Shown in pieces: positions 46,901 to 56,630 of a stretch of DNA of 64,000 bases. This DNA comes from a virus. Taxonomy: Duplodnaviria; Caudoviricetes. The translations under genes and the position numbers were made by a program. The notes beneath the pieces are model-generated. The model was not told the origin of the DNA and made no database searches. It worked only from the letters and a program-made list of their open reading frames with translations. How positions within the stretch are numbered: the stretch's first letter is position 1; every line of letters starts with the position of its first letter. The stretch is from IMG/VR virus record IMGVR_UViG_2931642416_000001, positions 1 through 64,000 of that record; one strand, given 5' to 3'.

Positions 46901-48352
46901 GCGGCTGCCCAGCAGGCGACGGCCCCGACCGGGGACGCGCTGAAGGATCTGGGGAACTCGGCGGATGGGGCGGCCACGAATGTGGACACGCTCCGCTCGG
47001 CGATCAGCCAGCTCACCAGCCTCACGGCTACTGCCATGCAGTCGGAGATCAACTACAAGCGGGCGGTGGATGACGCAGCCGCCTCCATCAGGGAGAACGG
47101 CCGAGCCCACGACACCAACAGCGAGGCCGGGCGTCGAAACCGTGAAGCGCTGATCGGGCTGGCGGAGAAGGCCAACGCCTACCGGGACGCTCTCATCGAG
47201 CAGGGCACTCCGCTCGATGAGGTGACTCGGAAGGTCGGCGCGCAACGGGATTCCTTCATCGGCCTGGCGGAGAAGATGGGCTTCTCACGCAAGCAGGCCG
47301 AGGAACTCGCAACCAAGTTGGGTTTGATCCCAGGCAACGTGAAGACGGACGTCAAAACGCCGGGCGGCAAGGAAGCCCTCGACCTCATCCGAGAGTACGA
47401 GAAGAAACTCCGAGAGCTCGACGGCAAGACGATCACCACCACGATCCGCGAGTACTACATCCGCAAGCAAGAGAACCTCAAGGCCCGCGCCGGCGGCATC
47501 TTCGCCTACGCCGAGGGCGGCATTCAACGGTTCGCTGCTGGTGGGCGTAGCACGCCGCCGAACATGGCGACCGGCCCGACCATCTTGTACGGGGAAGGCG
47601 CCGACCAAGAGGCGTTCATCCCGTACGAGCAGCGCTACAGGTCGAGGGCGATCGATCTACTCTCGCAGGTGGCGTCCGATTTCGGCCTGGAGGTTTACTC
47701 CGCTCAGGCCTCGCAGCAGGTGCAGAGCCTGACGAGCGCGATCGATGCGACGAGCATGCAGGTCGGTACCGGCCTGACAGGCGCGGTGAGTGCTCTGCAG
47801 GCGACGCTGGGGCAGGCTGGTTCGCTGACCTCGTCCATCTCGCAGGTCGGGGCCTCGGCGGAGCAGCTTGACCAGTCGTGGCTGGCTGGCTCGCAGGTCA
47901 TCGGGGACTCGATCAACCTGCTCGGCGCGGGCGTGGACGGGCTATCCGGCAGCGTGTACGAGCTGACGCAGACGATGGCCGCGATCGGCTCCAAGGGCGC
48001 TGTGGGAGCGTCAGCGAAGAAGACCACGGGCTCCCTCAAGGGCAAGTCGGGCGGTTTCGTCGAGGGCAACCAGCCCAAGAAGCCGGCTGGTGGCATGGTG
48101 TCTGGCTCTCAGCCGGTCTCTGGGTATGCGTCGAGCGGTCCGGTGAACGCCAGCAAGGTGTCCAAGCCTCAGCAGATCTCGGGCTCCTACGGTGGCCTGG
48201 GCGGCTCGTACGGCGCGGGCTCGAACGGCTCGGGAAGTGCGAGCGTCGCCCCGCAGGTGACCAAGACGGTCAACTTCTACGGGACCACCGTGAAGGAGAC
48301 GGTCGACTCCGACATCTTGTGGGCCAAGGCCGACCTGTACACGCGCGGCTGA
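43922..48352 (+). CDS. Tape measure protein
   Basis: ~1476 aa, Ala-rich coiled coil; AGGIFAYAEGG...GEGADQEAFIP. Confidence 0.92.
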   Translation: MADRTVTVRLDADVKPYMSALAKAEAATKRLRDAMSGDLKVDADTRAATAQIQALQREVDRLSGKRTTVSADADTARAQAELDELRRRLDELNVRRVMNVDLDDGAARSELGSIQRDLERLNATSADPKVRVDSAAALAQVRTIQSEMARVDGRSAKVKVDADVSGALRNIAIVAAALASLPSAVSIGVGVAGLGAAFGAAAAGAAGFAAVAVPGISRVTDALKQAETAGGGAGGAMKSAAQKAAEAASAALRLAEAQDRVTDSAQAVKSAQQAVRDAMAGVRSAQQDAARAAEDAADRQAQAAARIADAERSVQDAHRATQRAIEDLTRARERAQERIEDLALATERGALSEERAQLSIRRARAELQRILNDPKASALDKEDAALRLREAELSLREIQERNGDLAKEREEADRKGVEGSDEVVAAKERILDAQQREADAERALADARAESARAARDGARDVADANTRVADAQRKVADAQQALVKAQRDHLRAVQALKVEQLQQKAALEQTGGAAGGAASKMAELSAEEKKLAAAIKSFQEDYLAWQRSLQPDVFSVIEKGLDVLRVGMDRATPLVKGGAAGLDRFADSAKKALESKEWTNFFDDLGRRAPDAIAGLGNAAINVAGGLRGIVEGFLPYTGPLTDWVESITQDFEDWGTNLKDSPEFKEFLAYAAEQGPKVAEIVRNIAEFIGNVAAAGGQLGPGVLDFFVSLSEKLASLQPAQVEAIAKGVAAIFTAAKLGTTLKLGGFVLLADVLSKMSPGQIQALAIAIVATVSAVKGYQAVTGAVEWWQTLSGSLDKAGKSAEGAKGRFSGLSGTLKAGGMAAVLAAVAVVADKVGDALSGLNPDIDGLAKQMASLAQQSRPAAAQLNVFGSNLDTLAGDMARSGTWFAPVVGQFESLGDTVGRLTSSNPFAQLTTEVASMASSVTGDLYSMDTGRQRLENFDKTLTQMVQSGNSKQAAALFNELAKQAGLAGGDVDKLRALLPGYSSAAAAAQQATAPTGDALKDLGNSADGAATNVDTLRSAISQLTSLTATAMQSEINYKRAVDDAAASIRENGRAHDTNSEAGRRNREALIGLAEKANAYRDALIEQGTPLDEVTRKVGAQRDSFIGLAEKMGFSRKQAEELATKLGLIPGNVKTDVKTPGGKEALDLIREYEKKLRELDGKTITTTIREYYIRKQENLKARAGGIFAYAEGGIQRFAAGGRSTPPNMATGPTILYGEGADQEAFIPYEQRYRSRAIDLLSQVASDFGLEVYSAQASQQVQSLTSAIDATSMQVGTGLTGAVSALQATLGQAGSLTSSISQVGASAEQLDQSWLAGSQVIGDSINLLGAGVDGLSGSVYELTQTMAAIGSKGAVGASAKKTTGSLKGKSGGFVEGNQPKKPAGGMVSGSQPVSGYASSGPVNASKVSKPQQISGSYGGLGGSYGAGSNGSGSASVAPQVTKTVNFYGTTVKETVDSDILWAKADLYTRG

Positions 48353-48394
48353 GCCGCCTTTCAACATCAACACGTGAGGAGGGCAGGCTCAGCC

Positions 48395-48646
48395 ATGCCT
48401 TGGGATCCAAACAGCGGCCAGACGTTCGGCGAGTACATGAGAGACGGGGAGCCGCTCGGAGAGGGCCGCACCGCTGACGTGGTCGTGGGGGAGCGCACCT
48501 TCCTGACCACTGATCAAGTGCGTGAGGGGACCCGCGACGACGGAACCCGCTTCCAGCATCGGATGGATCAGCGCGGCCATGAGGTGATCCGAGAGACCAG
48601 CCCGGACGGCCGCGAACGCCAGCACGTCCGCATCAACCTGCCTTAG
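48395..48646 (+). CDS. Small hypothetical protein
   Basis: GAGGAGG RBS. Confidence 0.5.
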   Translation: MPWDPNSGQTFGEYMRDGEPLGEGRTADVVVGERTFLTTDQVREGTRDDGTRFQHRMDQRGHEVIRETSPDGRERQHVRINLP

Positions 48647-48655
48647 GAGGGCGTT

Positions 48656-49126
48656 GTGGCGTTGCAAGACGGCGTGTTCTCCGACACGTGGATCAAGGCG
48701 CTCGGGAACACGATCGCTCTCGACCTGGATGACACCACGCCGGGCGTCCACAAGGGGGCGCTGTTCACGGGGTCGGTCGCGGGCGGCACGATCGATTTCG
48801 ATCAGACAAACCCGGCGTACGGATCGAGCCCGTGGAACGCCAACGAGGCCAGTGGGCCCGGCTACACGGCAGGCGGTCTGAACATCACAGTGGTGTCCCT
48901 GGGCGTGCTGTCCACCGCGAACAAGATCGGGTGGAAGATCAGCACTCTGCTGTGGACGTCCACCACGATCACCGCAGAAGGGCTGCTCGTCTACACGTCG
49001 ACCCTGTCCAATCGGGCGCTGCTGTACCGGTGGTTCGGTCAGCCCTACCCGACCGCTGACGGCGATTTCCAGATCACGTTCCACGCTGACGGCGTCTTCC
49101 GCGAGAAGCTGCGCGCCGCCGCCTAA
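48656..49126 (+). CDS. Minor tail/virion protein
   Basis: NEASGPGYTAGG...GDFQITF. Confidence 0.65.
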   Translation: MALQDGVFSDTWIKALGNTIALDLDDTTPGVHKGALFTGSVAGGTIDFDQTNPAYGSSPWNANEASGPGYTAGGLNITVVSLGVLSTANKIGWKISTLLWTSTTITAEGLLVYTSTLSNRALLYRWFGQPYPTADGDFQITFHADGVFREKLRAAA

Positions 49127-49192
49127 CTCCGCTGTTTCGACCTTCGACCCTCGCCGACGTGCGGGGGTTTTCGCATGTAAAGGGGGCCGAAC

Positions 49193-49672
49193 GTGGCCAA
49201 GTCTGGATATTCGATCACGACGGAGGGGGCGGTGGCGCTGTCGGCTGCCACCGCCAAGACCATCCTGGGCGTCAAGAGCGGCGCGACGACCGCCAATCAT
49301 GGCGTGGACTGGACCCGGTACAAGATCGGTTTCGATGGAACGTCCGCTGCTGCTGTTCCCGTCCTGGTCGAGCTGTGCGCGTGCTCTTTCGGGGCGAATC
49401 CGCCGGGAACCGCCAGCACGTCGGTGACGATCAACCAGGTGCGAGGTCGTCTGGCGTCGACCGGCTTCTCGGCGGCGAAGAACTGGACCACCGAACCGAC
49501 CACGATCGTCGTCATCGACTCGTTCCTGCTGACACCGAACGGCGGCACCGTCCTGTACGACTTTCCGCTGGAGACGAACCCCGACTCGCCGCTCGGCGAG
49601 GGGTTCGTGATCCGCTGCACGGCACCTGCCGCAGTCAACGTCAGGGCGTCCATGGGCTTCGAGCGCTGCTGA
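49193..49672 (+). CDS. Virion structural protein
   Basis: Beta-rich; tail region. Confidence 0.55.
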   Translation: MAKSGYSITTEGAVALSAATAKTILGVKSGATTANHGVDWTRYKIGFDGTSAAAVPVLVELCACSFGANPPGTASTSVTINQVRGRLASTGFSAAKNWTTEPTTIVVIDSFLLTPNGGTVLYDFPLETNPDSPLGEGFVIRCTAPAAVNVRASMGFERC

Positions 49673-50355
49673 TGGCGATCGCGATTGCCACGTCGCCGCC
49701 GCTTGTCTCTACCGCCTCTGCGACGTCGCTGCCCACCGCCGCGTTCGACGCGCCCGCTCAGAGCCTGCTGGTCGCCTGCACGATGATCGGCGGCCTGGCT
49801 GCGCTGTCCAACTCCGGCGCCGCGCTGACGTGGACACAGCGGCACATCACCGCTGACAACAAAGACGCCATCTGGACTGCCCCCGTTCCCGATGCCCGAA
49901 CAGGGATGACGGTGACGGTGGCGCGGGACACAGCCGCGACCTTCGTGGGCGGCTTCTCCGTGTACGTGTTGACCGGCGCCGGGCTGAGCAATCCAATCGG
50001 GGCGACCGGTAACGGCACCAGTACCACCAACAACATCACGCCGACCGGCTACAACTCCACGATCGCCAACTCGCGCGGGTTCGCTGTCGCCCGGGACACC
50101 GCTGCTGGCGGCACACCAACGTCGACCGATGACGAGCAGGCGTGGGTGCGCGGCATCAACACCGCCGGCATGAGCGTCGTCAAGGCAGCCAACACCGCCA
50201 CCCCCGGCACAGGCGTGACGTTCAACTTCGATGCCTTCGGCACCTCCGCCGCGAACTGGACGTGGATCGCGGTGGAGATCACCGAAGAGCAGCCGATCCC
50301 CCCGACCCGCGTCTGGACGCCTCCGACCGCCGTGCATCGCGCTGCGAACTGGTAA
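49672..50355 (+). CDS. Minor tail protein
   Basis: Thr/Ala/Gly-rich beta protein. Confidence 0.55.
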   Translation: MAIAIATSPPLVSTASATSLPTAAFDAPAQSLLVACTMIGGLAALSNSGAALTWTQRHITADNKDAIWTAPVPDARTGMTVTVARDTAATFVGGFSVYVLTGAGLSNPIGATGNGTSTTNNITPTGYNSTIANSRGFAVARDTAAGGTPTSTDDEQAWVRGINTAGMSVVKAANTATPGTGVTFNFDAFGTSAANWTWIAVEITEEQPIPPTRVWTPPTAVHRAANW

Positions 50356-50367
50356 GGGAGGGGTGCG

Positions 50368-51447
50368 GTGGCCCGCTCCGGACGCTCATTTCCGAACCGC
50401 CCCATCGTTGCCCGCCATCCCCGCATGTTCGGCAACAGCGTCACCCTCGGCGCGTTCGAGCTAGAGGTTGAGTTCCCGGCGATAGCGGTCACCACCCCGG
50501 ACGCGCGGGTCCTGCTCGGCCCGTTCGAGACCGAGATTGAGTTCCCGCCTTTGGCGTTCTCGTACGATCAGCGGCCCACGCTGGGCGTGTTCGAGATCGG
50601 GGTCGAGTTCCCGCCGCTGTCGATCACAGTGCCGATCAAACCCGGCGACTCCCTGACAGGGGCGGCGGGGGAGGTCGAGTGGAACGGCACTCTGTGGGGG
50701 CCCAGCACGAGCGTAAGAGTGCTGCTGCCGGTGCAGGGGTGGATGGGCACACCGAACATCGACAACCTCAACGAGGAACGCCCCAACAGACACGGCGCGT
50801 GGGATGCGCGCAAGCTGGCCCAGCAGCGGCTGGTCACGCTGAAACTCCAACCGGACTCAGCGTCCGACCCGACGCAGATCGACACGCTTCTCGACCAGAT
50901 CGCCGCAGTCACAGGCATCCCCGACAGTGAGGATCCTCTGCCGCTGGTCGTCAAGTCGTACGGGGAGCCGCGGCTGGCCTACGGGCAGATCATCGCCCGC
51001 GACATCGAGCTGGACGAGGCGTACAACGTGGGCTTGCCCACAGTGAGCGTGCTCGTGGCGTGCGCTGACCCGCGCCGGTACAGCTTGGAGCGGCGCGGCG
51101 CGACAGTGCCGTTGGAGAGCGTCACAGGGCTCGGAAACGCGGGCAACATCGCCACGCATCCGCTCATCCGGGTCGAAGGGCCCGCCGTGGATCCGACCCT
51201 GGCGAACCAGACGTCCGGCCGGATCCTGGAGCTGTCCATCACTCTGACCGGCGGACAGCTCCTAGAGATCGACACCGACAACGGCACGATCACCCTGGCA
51301 GGCGAGTCCCGCATGAGCGCCTTGACCGGCGCCAGCGTCCCGGTCCAAGACTTCGTCCTAGCGCCAGGACCGAACGACATCCAGTACAGCGCGACCAGCG
51401 GCGGAGCCAACGGCGCGGACTTCCTCTGGCGTGATGCCTGGCTGTAG
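50368..51447 (+). CDS. Distal tail (Dit-like) protein
   Basis: ADPRRYS...NAGNIATHPLIRVEGP...LAPGPNDI...WRDAWL. Confidence 0.75.
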   Translation: MARSGRSFPNRPIVARHPRMFGNSVTLGAFELEVEFPAIAVTTPDARVLLGPFETEIEFPPLAFSYDQRPTLGVFEIGVEFPPLSITVPIKPGDSLTGAAGEVEWNGTLWGPSTSVRVLLPVQGWMGTPNIDNLNEERPNRHGAWDARKLAQQRLVTLKLQPDSASDPTQIDTLLDQIAAVTGIPDSEDPLPLVVKSYGEPRLAYGQIIARDIELDEAYNVGLPTVSVLVACADPRRYSLERRGATVPLESVTGLGNAGNIATHPLIRVEGPAVDPTLANQTSGRILELSITLTGGQLLEIDTDNGTITLAGESRMSALTGASVPVQDFVLAPGPNDIQYSATSGGANGADFLWRDAWL

Positions 51448-51460
51448 GTGACGGGGGTGA

Positions 51461-53290
51461 GTGGTGCCCGCCGTCATCCGCTCGTGGACCCAAGGGATCG
51501 GCCCTAATACCGCGACGTGGCAGGTTAACGCCCCCACAGGCGTCACGGCGGGGATGTCGCTGCTGGCGTTCCTGAGTGTGGACGGGGGCGGCGTCGCCAA
51601 CATCACCGGCGGCGGCACCTGGCAGCAGATCGGCCACATCGCCGGCACGCCGGGCGTCCTGACGGCGGTGGACGTCTGGTGGCGGCTCGGCACCAACGCC
51701 GAGCCGTCCCAGTACACGGTCAACCAGGCCGGCACCGCGGACGGCGTGTGCGTCGTCGTCGCCATCGCGGGGGCGGTCACTACTCAGCCGCAGGTCGGAC
51801 TGGGGAATGCATTCACCAACAGCCAGGCGGCCATCTCGCCGTCGATAGTCCCGGCTACCTCTTCGGGATTGGAATTCCGGTTCGCCGCCGGTACCCCATC
51901 GAACGTGGCCGTCAGCTGGTCGACGCCAGTCGGCTTCGATGAGCTGGCGGACATCCAGTCTGAGGACGACGTGTCCGGGCAGGTCGTGTGGCGGCGTGTG
52001 TCGAGCACGACGGCAACGGGGCAGCAGTTCCACCTGGCGAACGCCAGCCTCCTGTGCCTGGCAGCGCTCGTCGTGGTCGTGGAGTCGTCCACGGCGCAGG
52101 TGCCGGACCCGCCCGTCGTGCAACCTTTCACACCAGGTCGCGGAACCAGCCGCTACCGGTATGTGGTCACCCGGCTGCTGGACCGCACCTACCTCGGCGA
52201 CCTGGATCTGAAGGGCGTCTCGTTCGACAAGCGGATCTTGCAGGCGGGCAGCTTCAGCGCCACGATCCCGATCCCTAACCGGCGGGTCCGCTCTCAGGTG
52301 GCCGACATCATCCCGCTGGACGACACCGTCCTAGACCGCGGCCCTGGTGTGATCACGGTGCAGATCTACAGGGATGGCGATCCGTGGGGCGAGTACTGGA
52401 TCACCGCAGCGACAATCGGGCGCTCCCGGAGGGGTACGCCTGCTGTGCAGCTCCGGGGCTCCACCCTGGACGCGTATCTCAGCCATGTCGAGATCCAGAA
52501 CGATCTTTTTTACACCAACACGGACCAGATCGACATCGCGCGCGCCCTGCTCAATCACGCGCAGGCTCAGGCCGGTGCGAACATCGGCCTGGCCCTGCAA
52601 TCGGGCACGTCAGGCGTGAAGCGGGACCGCACCTACTTGGACAGCGAGGGCGGCACCTACGGGCAGCGGCTCGTCGAGCTCGCCCAGGTCGACAACGGCT
52701 TCGAGTGGGCGATTGACCTCGCGCTCGTCTCCGGCGTGCTGGAACGTCAGTGGCGCTGGGGGTACCCGACGCTTGGGCAGGCCGAACCACAGCACGTCCT
52801 GGTGGATTCGGCGCACGGCGGCGACATCTTGGAGTGGAGTGAAGAGATTGACGCCCTCCGCGGGGCGACGAGGTGGCGGGCGCGCGGCTCGTCCATCTCG
52901 ACGGACGCCTCTACGTCGGCGACTCCGCTCGTGTCCACCGTCGCGTCCGCGACCGCTCATCTGGCCGCAGGCTGGCCGCGGCTCGACCGGACGATCTCAT
53001 ATCCGACGGCGACCGTGCAGGCCACGTTGGACGATTACGCCGCGTTCTGGGCAGCGAAAGCGCCGGGCGCGCTGCGCGTGGACCAGGTGACGATCGCGCT
53101 CGGCGCCAACCCCACGCTCACGCCGAACAGTCTCGGCGACACGGCGATGATCAAGCTGGACAACGAGTGGCACGTCCGCCAGTCCCGGATCCGGCGCGTG
53201 ATCGGCATGCGAGTCACCCCTACCAGCCGTGACTCCGGCAAAGAGGAAGCGCAGCTCGTGCTTGAGGGACAGGAGGCCCCGGGTGCCTGA
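51461..53290 (+). CDS. Minor tail / hub protein (Gp37-like C-terminus with N-terminal beta domain)
   Basis: Follows Dit; DQIDIARALL...LVELAQVDNGFEW. Confidence 0.7.
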   Translation: MVPAVIRSWTQGIGPNTATWQVNAPTGVTAGMSLLAFLSVDGGGVANITGGGTWQQIGHIAGTPGVLTAVDVWWRLGTNAEPSQYTVNQAGTADGVCVVVAIAGAVTTQPQVGLGNAFTNSQAAISPSIVPATSSGLEFRFAAGTPSNVAVSWSTPVGFDELADIQSEDDVSGQVVWRRVSSTTATGQQFHLANASLLCLAALVVVVESSTAQVPDPPVVQPFTPGRGTSRYRYVVTRLLDRTYLGDLDLKGVSFDKRILQAGSFSATIPIPNRRVRSQVADIIPLDDTVLDRGPGVITVQIYRDGDPWGEYWITAATIGRSRRGTPAVQLRGSTLDAYLSHVEIQNDLFYTNTDQIDIARALLNHAQAQAGANIGLALQSGTSGVKRDRTYLDSEGGTYGQRLVELAQVDNGFEWAIDLALVSGVLERQWRWGYPTLGQAEPQHVLVDSAHGGDILEWSEEIDALRGATRWRARGSSISTDASTSATPLVSTVASATAHLAAGWPRLDRTISYPTATVQATLDDYAAFWAAKAPGALRVDQVTIALGANPTLTPNSLGDTAMIKLDNEWHVRQSRIRRVIGMRVTPTSRDSGKEEAQLVLEGQEAPGA

Positions 53291-53675
53291 CGTTTTCCCC
53301 AACGATTTGATGGGCGAGATCCGGCAGCTCCAGCGAGATGTCGAGGAGCTCAAGGCCCTCATGCGTTCCCAGCCAGGCAAAACCGTCGCGTCGCAGGGGT
53401 GGGCCATGCACTCCATGACGGCACCCGACACCTCCGGCCTCCCATCAGGCGCAGGGCATGTCTACTTCCGGGGCGGCCTGCTGCGGTACCGCGCGGCTGG
53501 CAACGTCGGGGAGGTGACGCTCCCGGCGCCCGTCGTTCTGGCCGACATGGGTGACATCGCCACAGCCGATGCTGGATCGACGTACACGGCTACCGTGCAG
53601 CAGTTGATCAACGAGATCAAGACGGTAGTCAGGGCCTTCCGCGCCGACGCGCGCTCGAAGGGCCTCATGCAGTAG
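53283..53675 (+). CDS. Minor tail protein
   Basis: N-terminal coiled coil typical after the hub gene. Confidence 0.55.
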   Translation: MPDVFPNDLMGEIRQLQRDVEELKALMRSQPGKTVASQGWAMHSMTAPDTSGLPSGAGHVYFRGGLLRYRAAGNVGEVTLPAPVVLADMGDIATADAGSTYTATVQQLINEIKTVVRAFRADARSKGLMQ

Positions 53676-53746
53676 CTGCCCCCATAGTCGTGCCGTCCCG
53701 CTACCGAGGATGGGCGGGACGGCACCCCAATCACGAGGGGATGTGC

Positions 53747-54184
53747 ATGAAGCGGTTCGTTCCCCTCGCCGAGCACCCGTTCGAGCTGCTGTTCGGGCTG
53801 CTGTTCCTGCTCAACGGGACAGCCATCTCGTTCGGGGCTGGACCACCTGCCAGCATCAACGCCACCCTCCCTCCCGCCGTCGTTCTGGCTTGGGGGGCGA
53901 TCCAGCTACTGGCGGGGCTGCTCATCGTCGCCGGGATCATTCTGCGCTACTGGCGCCCAAGCCTGCTCCTGCTCGGGCTGCGCCTGGAAAGGGCCGGCTT
54001 GTGGCCGCTCGCCGCGGCTGTCTCCGTCTACGGAGTGGTCGTGGTCCGCTACGCCGGCGCCCCAGCCGTCTACACCGCGGGCGTGCTCGCCGCTGTCGCT
54101 GCCGCCTGCGCCGCGAGGGCAAGAACGCTGGCACGTCTGGAGAAGACCATCATCAAATACTCGGGAGGTGCGGGTGGCGACTGA
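53747..54184 (+). CDS. Multi-TM membrane protein (lysis region)
   Basis: Four hydrophobic helices. Confidence 0.6.
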   Translation: MKRFVPLAEHPFELLFGLLFLLNGTAISFGAGPPASINATLPPAVVLAWGAIQLLAGLLIVAGIILRYWRPSLLLLGLRLERAGLWPLAAAVSVYGVVVVRYAGAPAVYTAGVLAAVAAACAARARTLARLEKTIIKYSGGAGGD

Positions 54185-54578
54185 GTGGCTGACGCCCGCG
54201 GTGATCACCTTGCTGGGCGGCGGCCTCACGTCAGCGCTTGGGGTACTCGTCAAATCTCGCATCGACTTGAAGAAGGCACGACTGGACGAGGAACGGCAGC
54301 CGATCGAGCTGGAGAACGTGTTCATCGGCGGCGCCGAGAAAGCTGTCGCTGCGCTACAGGTGGCGTTGGACCGGGCAGAGTCCACGATCAACCGCCTGGA
54401 GCAGGCGCTGACCGAACGGGATCAGAAGCTTCAAGAGCGCGACCTTCGGATCGCTGAGCTGGAGATGGAAGTGACCCGGACGCTGGCACGTCTGGCCCGG
54501 CTACAGGACCAGTGCGAGAAGCTGCAGACCCGTCTGGCTGACCTGCGGATCGATCCGCGTGAGGGAGAGACGCCGTGA
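54174..54578 (+). CDS. TM plus coiled-coil protein (lysis region)
   Basis: N-terminal TM, long coiled coil. Confidence 0.6.
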   Translation: MATEWLTPAVITLLGGGLTSALGVLVKSRIDLKKARLDEERQPIELENVFIGGAEKAVAALQVALDRAESTINRLEQALTERDQKLQERDLRIAELEMEVTRTLARLARLQDQCEKLQTRLADLRIDPREGETP

Positions 54579-55420
54579 GAGCTGGTGAGCCGCCCATCAC
54601 CCGGCGTGCCGCGCACAACTCAGGAACCGGCAACAAGCCGCCGCGGCGGGTGGTCATTCACGCCACCTGCCCCGGCGTCGGCTATCCGGCCGCGTCAAAG
54701 AAGGGCGCTGCGTCAGGGACGGCGAAGTACTTCCAGATGCAGTCCTCAGGCGGCAGCGCCCACTACATCTACGACTCCTCCCGGCATGAGGAGCACTGCG
54801 TTCCCGAGAACACGATCGCCTGGCACGCGCCCCCGAATCCGCACACGATCGGGATCGAGATCTGCGGCGAAGCCTCTTACACGCGCGAGCAGTGGCTGTC
54901 GTCAGAGGTGTGGCCGGCGGTCGAGGAGGCCGCGGCCCGCACCCGGGAGCTGTGCCTGCGCTACGACCTGCCGATGAGGAAGCTGACCGTGGCGCAGGTG
55001 CGTGCGGGCGCGGCCGGCGTGTGCGGCCACGTGGACGTTTCTCTCGCCTTCCGGCAGACAGACCACAGCGACCCGGGCCGGCACTTCCCCTGGGACGAGT
55101 TCATGCATCTGGTCAACAGCGACGGCGAGGGGCCCGATCCTGTCACCTCGCGGACGGAGGACATCGTGAACGCTCTGCCCGTTCTGTCGGTTGGCGCTGA
55201 CTGCTACGACGTGAAGACCGTCCGGGCGCTGCTGTTCGCCCGCGGTGGCCTCAACGAGAAGGTGTACGGCGGCGCTGTGGGCTTGCGCTCGTGGCAGGAG
55301 TCCACCAAGTACGACGCCGCCCTCAGCGAGGACGTGAAAGCCTTCCAGCGCCGCTCCAAGCTCGCCGATGACGGCGTGGTGGGCCCGCTGACGTACGCCG
55401 CTCTGCTGAGGGTGTCGTGA
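54575..55420 (+). CDS. Endolysin: N-acetylmuramoyl-L-alanine amidase with PG-binding domain
   Basis: VVIHAT, SAHY, AWHA, IGIEICG, GHVD..TDHSDPG; DDGVVGPLT. Confidence 0.9.
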   Translation: MRAGEPPITRRAAHNSGTGNKPPRRVVIHATCPGVGYPAASKKGAASGTAKYFQMQSSGGSAHYIYDSSRHEEHCVPENTIAWHAPPNPHTIGIEICGEASYTREQWLSSEVWPAVEEAAARTRELCLRYDLPMRKLTVAQVRAGAAGVCGHVDVSLAFRQTDHSDPGRHFPWDEFMHLVNSDGEGPDPVTSRTEDIVNALPVLSVGADCYDVKTVRALLFARGGLNEKVYGGAVGLRSWQESTKYDAALSEDVKAFQRRSKLADDGVVGPLTYAALLRVS

Positions 55421-55627
55421 GCGACGGTCTTCTGGCCCGGTGGTGGCCGCTGCTCTACCAGACGTCTCTTCCACGGCATCCCGAGCTCGTGGAGGAGAGC
55501 ACGCCTGAGCGCGTGCCGGGCCTCGTCGACGAGGCCAACTGACGAGCCCTCTGCGGCTCACCCAGAGCGTCCCCGCACGGCGGTGGGCGCTCTCTTCGTA
55601 TTCACCTCATCGAGGAGCATCCTCAAA

Positions 55628-56179
55628 ATGCGCATCACCAAGAGCGCGATCGTCCTGTCCGCTGCCGCCCTCGCGGCCGGTCTCGTCGGCGCTGTGCCGG
55701 CGTCTGCCACTGCTGACGTGCCGGGCCTGCAGATCACGCAGGTCGGCTACAACGCGTACGGCCCGGACACGATCTACAACCGCAATCAGGAGTTCGTCGA
55801 CGTCAAGGCCGACGGGGCCGCGGGTCGTGCCGTGAACGTCACCGGCCTGACTGTGGCCGACCAGTGGGGCAAGTCCCACGAGGGCGCGGACGACAACCCG
55901 CACGGCTGCAACACCTACAAGGTGACGTCGTTGCCTGGCATCACTCCGATCGACGGCAACGTGCTCCTGCCTGCCGGGCACACGATCCGCGTCTACTCGG
56001 GCGCTGGCACGCCGTCCGTGTCCGCGGGCGGAACGGTGCACGCCGTCTACATGGACTCGCGGTGCGGCTACCACGGCCACATCTGGGGCAACGGCGGTGA
56101 CACCGCCTGGATCACCCTCGGGTCGAACAGCGAGAGCTTCGCCTACGACTTCGACAACGGCTACACGGTCAAACCCTGA
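55628..56179 (+). CDS. Secreted lamin-tail-domain-like protein
   Basis: Signal peptide; NQEFVDV...VNVTGLTVAD...IRVYSGAG...IWGNGGDTA. Confidence 0.7.
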   Translation: MRITKSAIVLSAAALAAGLVGAVPASATADVPGLQITQVGYNAYGPDTIYNRNQEFVDVKADGAAGRAVNVTGLTVADQWGKSHEGADDNPHGCNTYKVTSLPGITPIDGNVLLPAGHTIRVYSGAGTPSVSAGGTVHAVYMDSRCGYHGHIWGNGGDTAWITLGSNSESFAYDFDNGYTVKP

Positions 56180-56189
56180 GGAGGGTGTC

Positions 56190-56378
56190 ATGAACGTTGG
56201 TAAGTACGCGAAGACCTTCGTCGCCGCGCTGTTCGCCGCTGTGGTCGTCGCCAAGTCCGCGGTCACCGATAGTGTGATCTCTCCGCAGGAGTGGATCGAC
56301 ATCACACTGGCGGTGCTCACGTCTCTGGGCGTGTGGGCGGTGCCGAACGCTCGGCGGTCTGAGGACCTGCCGCGCTAG
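56190..56378 (+). CDS. Holin
   Basis: KYAKTFVAAL...EW...LGVWAVPN actinophage holin motif. Confidence 0.8.
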   Translation: MNVGKYAKTFVAALFAAVVVAKSAVTDSVISPQEWIDITLAVLTSLGVWAVPNARRSEDLPR

Positions 56379-56390
56379 TCTGGTTTGTAC

Positions 56391-56549
56391 GTCCGAGCAT
56401 CCATCGGGGTAGCGTCCGGAGCGCCACTGGTTCGGCAGCCCGCCAGCGGCTTCCGCCCCCGGTCCAGGTCCGGCGCGAACCGCTGGCATTGGTTCGCCTA
56501 CTCCGATGGATGCTCGGACCTCCTGCCTCTGCCACGGGAGACCGTGGCA
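56391..56549 (+). ncRNA. Candidate structured RNA
   Basis: 22-bp stem 56391-56412/56498-56519 (one G-U), inner stem GCCAGCGG/CCGCTGGC, then a TGCCACGG-GAGA-CCGTGGCA hairpin. Confidence 0.4.
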
Positions 56550-56580
56550 CCCGCATGAGCGGTACAGCGGCGGGACTCCA

Positions 56581-56625
56581 GCAAGAAGCCCTCGCTCTCC
56601 TTCGGGAGGGCGAGGGCTTCTTTGC
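56581..56625. terminator. Bidirectional intrinsic terminator between the late operon and the convergent accessory operon
   Basis: AAGAAGCCCTCGCTCTCC-TTCG-GGAGGGCGAGGGCTTCTTT. Confidence 0.8.
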
Positions 56626-56630
56626 GTTGT

